DNA of 62,890 bases, filler included, from Thermodesulfobacteriota bacterium (GTDB lineage Bacteria; DASVDK01), in assembly GCA_036381125.1 (NCBI GenBank). It is 7 parts of 7 records of this genome, joined end to end, with 100 filler letters (N's around TTAATTAATTAA, not from the genome) between each part and the next. Parts side by side here need not be neighbours in the genome. Positions count along the whole stretch, not along the records: positions 59,163 to 62,890 come from DASVDK010000028.1; 6 more parts are not named here. One strand, written 5' to 3'. A program made the translations under genes and the position numbers. The notes beneath the pieces are model-generated. The model made no database searches. It worked only from the letters and a program-made list of their open reading frames with translations, and was not told where the DNA came from. Below are positions 60,778-62,890 of this stretch, piece after piece (the first letter of the stretch is position 1; every line of letters starts with the position of its first letter).

Positions 60778-62463
60778 ATGGCCGACGACCCCTCCACGAC
60801 GACACCGGGCGGCGCCGATCGGCCTGCGGCGCCTCCCTCGCGCGGGCTCGCCCGCGCGGCCGGGCTGGTGAGCCTCGCCACGTCGATCAGCCGGGTCCTC
60901 GGCCTCGCCCGCGAGGTCGTGTTCGCCGCCCTCTTCGGCGCCAGCGCGGGGCCGGCCGCCGACGCGTTCACCGTCGCGTTCCGCATCCCGAACCTCCTCA
61001 GGGACCTCTTCGCCGAGGGGGCCCTCTCCGCCGCCTTCGTGCCGACCATCACGCGCACGCTCGCCCGCGACGGCCGCGAGGCCGCGCGGCGGCTCGCCTC
61101 GGCCGTCTTCTCGGGGATCATCCTGGTCGCCGGCGGCGTCGCGCTCCTCGGCATGTTCGTCTCGGGGCCGCTCGCGCGGCTCTTCGCGCCCGGCTTCGCC
61201 GCGGTGCCGGGCAAGCTCGAGCTGACCGCCGGGCTCACGGCGGTGCTCTGGCCGTTCCTGCCGCTCGTGGCGCTGGCCGCCGCGGCGATGGGGCTGCTCA
61301 ACGCCTGCGGCCGGTTCTTCCTCCCCGCGCTCGCGCCGGCGCTCTTCAACGTCGGCATGATCGTCTGCGCCGTCGCGCTCGCCCCCCTCATGCCGGGGAT
61401 CGGGCTGCCGCCGATCTACGCCATGGCCGTCGGCGCGCTGGTCGGAGGCGCGGGACAGTTCCTCGTCCAGTGGCCCGCCCTGCGGGCCGAGTCGGTGTCC
61501 CCGCGCGTCGTGCCGCGCTTCTGGGCGCACCCGGGCGTGCGCGAGATCGCGCGCCTCATGGCGCCCGCCACGGTCGGCCTCGCCGCCACGCAGGTGAACC
61601 TCCTCGTCACGACCGTCCTCGCCTCGAGCCTCGCCCAGGGCGCGGCCACCTGGCTCACCTACGCGTTCCGCGTGATCTACCTGCCGATCGGCCTCTTCGG
61701 CGTGGCGGTGGGGACCGCGGCGGCGCCGGCCGCGGCCCGGGCCGCGGCGGCGGGCGACCCCCGCGCTCTTGCCCGCACCGTGGCCGACGGCCTCAGGCTC
61801 GTTGCCGTCCTCACGCTCCCGGCGGCGGCCGGGCTGCTGGCCCTCGCCGACCCGGTCGTGGCGCTCCTCTACGAGCGGGGCGCCTTCCTGCCGGCCGACA
61901 CGGCGGCCACGGCCGCCGCGCTGCGCGCCTACGCCCTCGGCCTCACCGCCTACTCGGCGGTCAAGGTGGTCGTACCGGCCTTCTACGCGCTCGGCGTCCC
62001 GCACGTGCCGGTGCAGGTGTCGTTCGCGGCGGTCGCGCTCAACATCGCCGCGAGCCTCGCCCTGCGCGGGCCGCTGGGCCACGTCGGCCTCGCGCTCGCC
62101 GTCGCGCTCACGGCGACGTTCAACGTCGCGGCGCTCCTGGTCGGCCTGCGCCGCCGGGTGGGGCCGATCGGCGGCCGGCGCGTGGCGGCGGGGGTCGGCC
62201 TCGCCCTCGCGGCGTCGGTCCTCATGGCCGCCGCCTCGGTCGGCATCCACCGCGCCGCCCTCTCGGGCGTGGACGCCCTGATCGGGGCCGCCGCCCCGGC
62301 CCTCGCGCCGTGGGGGCGGGCTGCGGCGCTCCTCGTGGCCATCGGCGCGTCGGCGGCGCTCTATCTGGGCCTCTGCACCGTGTTCCGCCTCGACGAGGCG
62401 GCCGATCTCCGCAGGATGGCTGAGCGGTTGCTCCGCAAGGTGGGGGTCAGGCGGCCCGGCTGA
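60778..62463 (+). CDS. murJ: Lipid II flippase MurJ
   Basis: SRVLGLARE, AFRIPNLLRDLFAEGALSAAFVP, LPIGLFGVA, LYERGAF. Confidence 0.95.
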   Translation: MADDPSTTTPGGADRPAAPPSRGLARAAGLVSLATSISRVLGLAREVVFAALFGASAGPAADAFTVAFRIPNLLRDLFAEGALSAAFVPTITRTLARDGREAARRLASAVFSGIILVAGGVALLGMFVSGPLARLFAPGFAAVPGKLELTAGLTAVLWPFLPLVALAAAAMGLLNACGRFFLPALAPALFNVGMIVCAVALAPLMPGIGLPPIYAMAVGALVGGAGQFLVQWPALRAESVSPRVVPRFWAHPGVREIARLMAPATVGLAATQVNLLVTTVLASSLAQGAATWLTYAFRVIYLPIGLFGVAVGTAAAPAAARAAAAGDPRALARTVADGLRLVAVLTLPAAAGLLALADPVVALLYERGAFLPADTAATAAALRAYALGLTAYSAVKVVVPAFYALGVPHVPVQVSFAAVALNIAASLALRGPLGHVGLALAVALTATFNVAALLVGLRRRVGPIGGRRVAAGVGLALAASVLMAAASVGIHRAALSGVDALIGAAAPALAPWGRAAALLVAIGASAALYLGLCTVFRLDEAADLRRMAERLLRKVGVRRPG

Positions 62464-62514
62464 TCACCGTTTTTCCTTGTCTTTGCGCACGGAATGGGAT
62501 AGACGGGGCGACCT

Positions 62515-62890
62515 ATGGGCCGCCTTCAGGCCGCACAGGTTCCGGTCCGCCTCAAGCTCGGCCTCCTCCTGGCCGGACTTCTCGCCATCGCCGTCGTGAC
62601 GGTGGCGGCGGTGCTCCTGCGCGTGTCGAGCCGCGCCATCGAGGGGCAGGTCCTCAAGCGCGGCGAGGTCTTCGTCCGGGCGCTCGCGAAGACGGCGAAG
62701 GAGGGCCTCCTCCTCGACGACGAGCTGCTCCTCCACTCGCACCTTGCCGACCTGGCGCGCGAGGAAGGGGTGGTCGCCGCCCAGATCTTCGACGACCGCG
62801 GCGTCCTGCGCGCCTCGACGATGCTCGGTGCGGCGCAGGCGGCACGGCCGGCCGCCCGCAAGCCGCACGCGGTCACGCGCGCGCGCCTCG
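62515..62890 (+). CDS. Membrane sensor protein N-terminus (TM plus periplasmic domain), truncated
   Basis: Manual translation: MGRLQ..VRLKLGLLLAGLLAIAVVTVAAVLL..LLLDDELLL..GVVAAQIFDDRGVLRA. Confidence 0.6.
   Translation, partial: MGRLQAAQVPVRLKLGLLLAGLLAIAVVTVAAVLLRVSSRAIEGQVLKRGEVFVRALAKTAKEGLLLDDELLLHSHLADLAREEGVVAAQIFDDRGVLRASTMLGAAQAARPAARKPHAVTRARL

Overview
This window is not contiguous DNA. It holds seven fragments of a very GC-rich, apparently diderm bacterium (lolA, mlaDEF, rimO, dksA-like, murJ; probably a metagenome bin), joined by artificial 100-nt N-TTAATTAATTAA-N linkers. Gene adjacency is therefore meaningful only within a fragment. Fragment 1 (1-19350): a co-oriented dnaA - Cho/UvrC-like GIY-YIG nuclease - lexA - gyrB - nurA string lacking dnaN, recF and gyrA, then MBL-fold, ABM-like, LysR, DciA/DUF721, a degenerate 5'-nucleotidase, DUF1015, purD, purH and mlaD/F/E. 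Fragment 2: tsaC, ispG, a histidine kinase with an atypical receiver, csp and a ba3-type (B-family) oxidase operon. Fragment 3: pcnB and glcDEF, headed by an ArsC/Spx-like gene with an in-frame UGA (UxxC) plus a SECIS-like hairpin (probable selenoprotein, missed by the ORF track), opposite a FadR-type regulator. Fragment 4: ftsK, lolA, yajQ, rimO, dksA-like, speD/speE, mltG, ruvX, two HEAT-repeat genes and radA. Fragment 5: TauE, GntR, class V aminotransferase, a TRAP transporter and an FAD/Fe-S oxidoreductase. Fragment 6: tctB/tctA and the start of a PrpD-like gene. Fragment 7: small unknowns, a thermonuclease, murJ and a sensor N-terminus. The best leads are the replication/SOS/repair cluster, the putative selenoprotein in the glc operon and a dispersed 23-nt REP-like repeat. 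All calls rest on motif recognition by eye; no searches were run.
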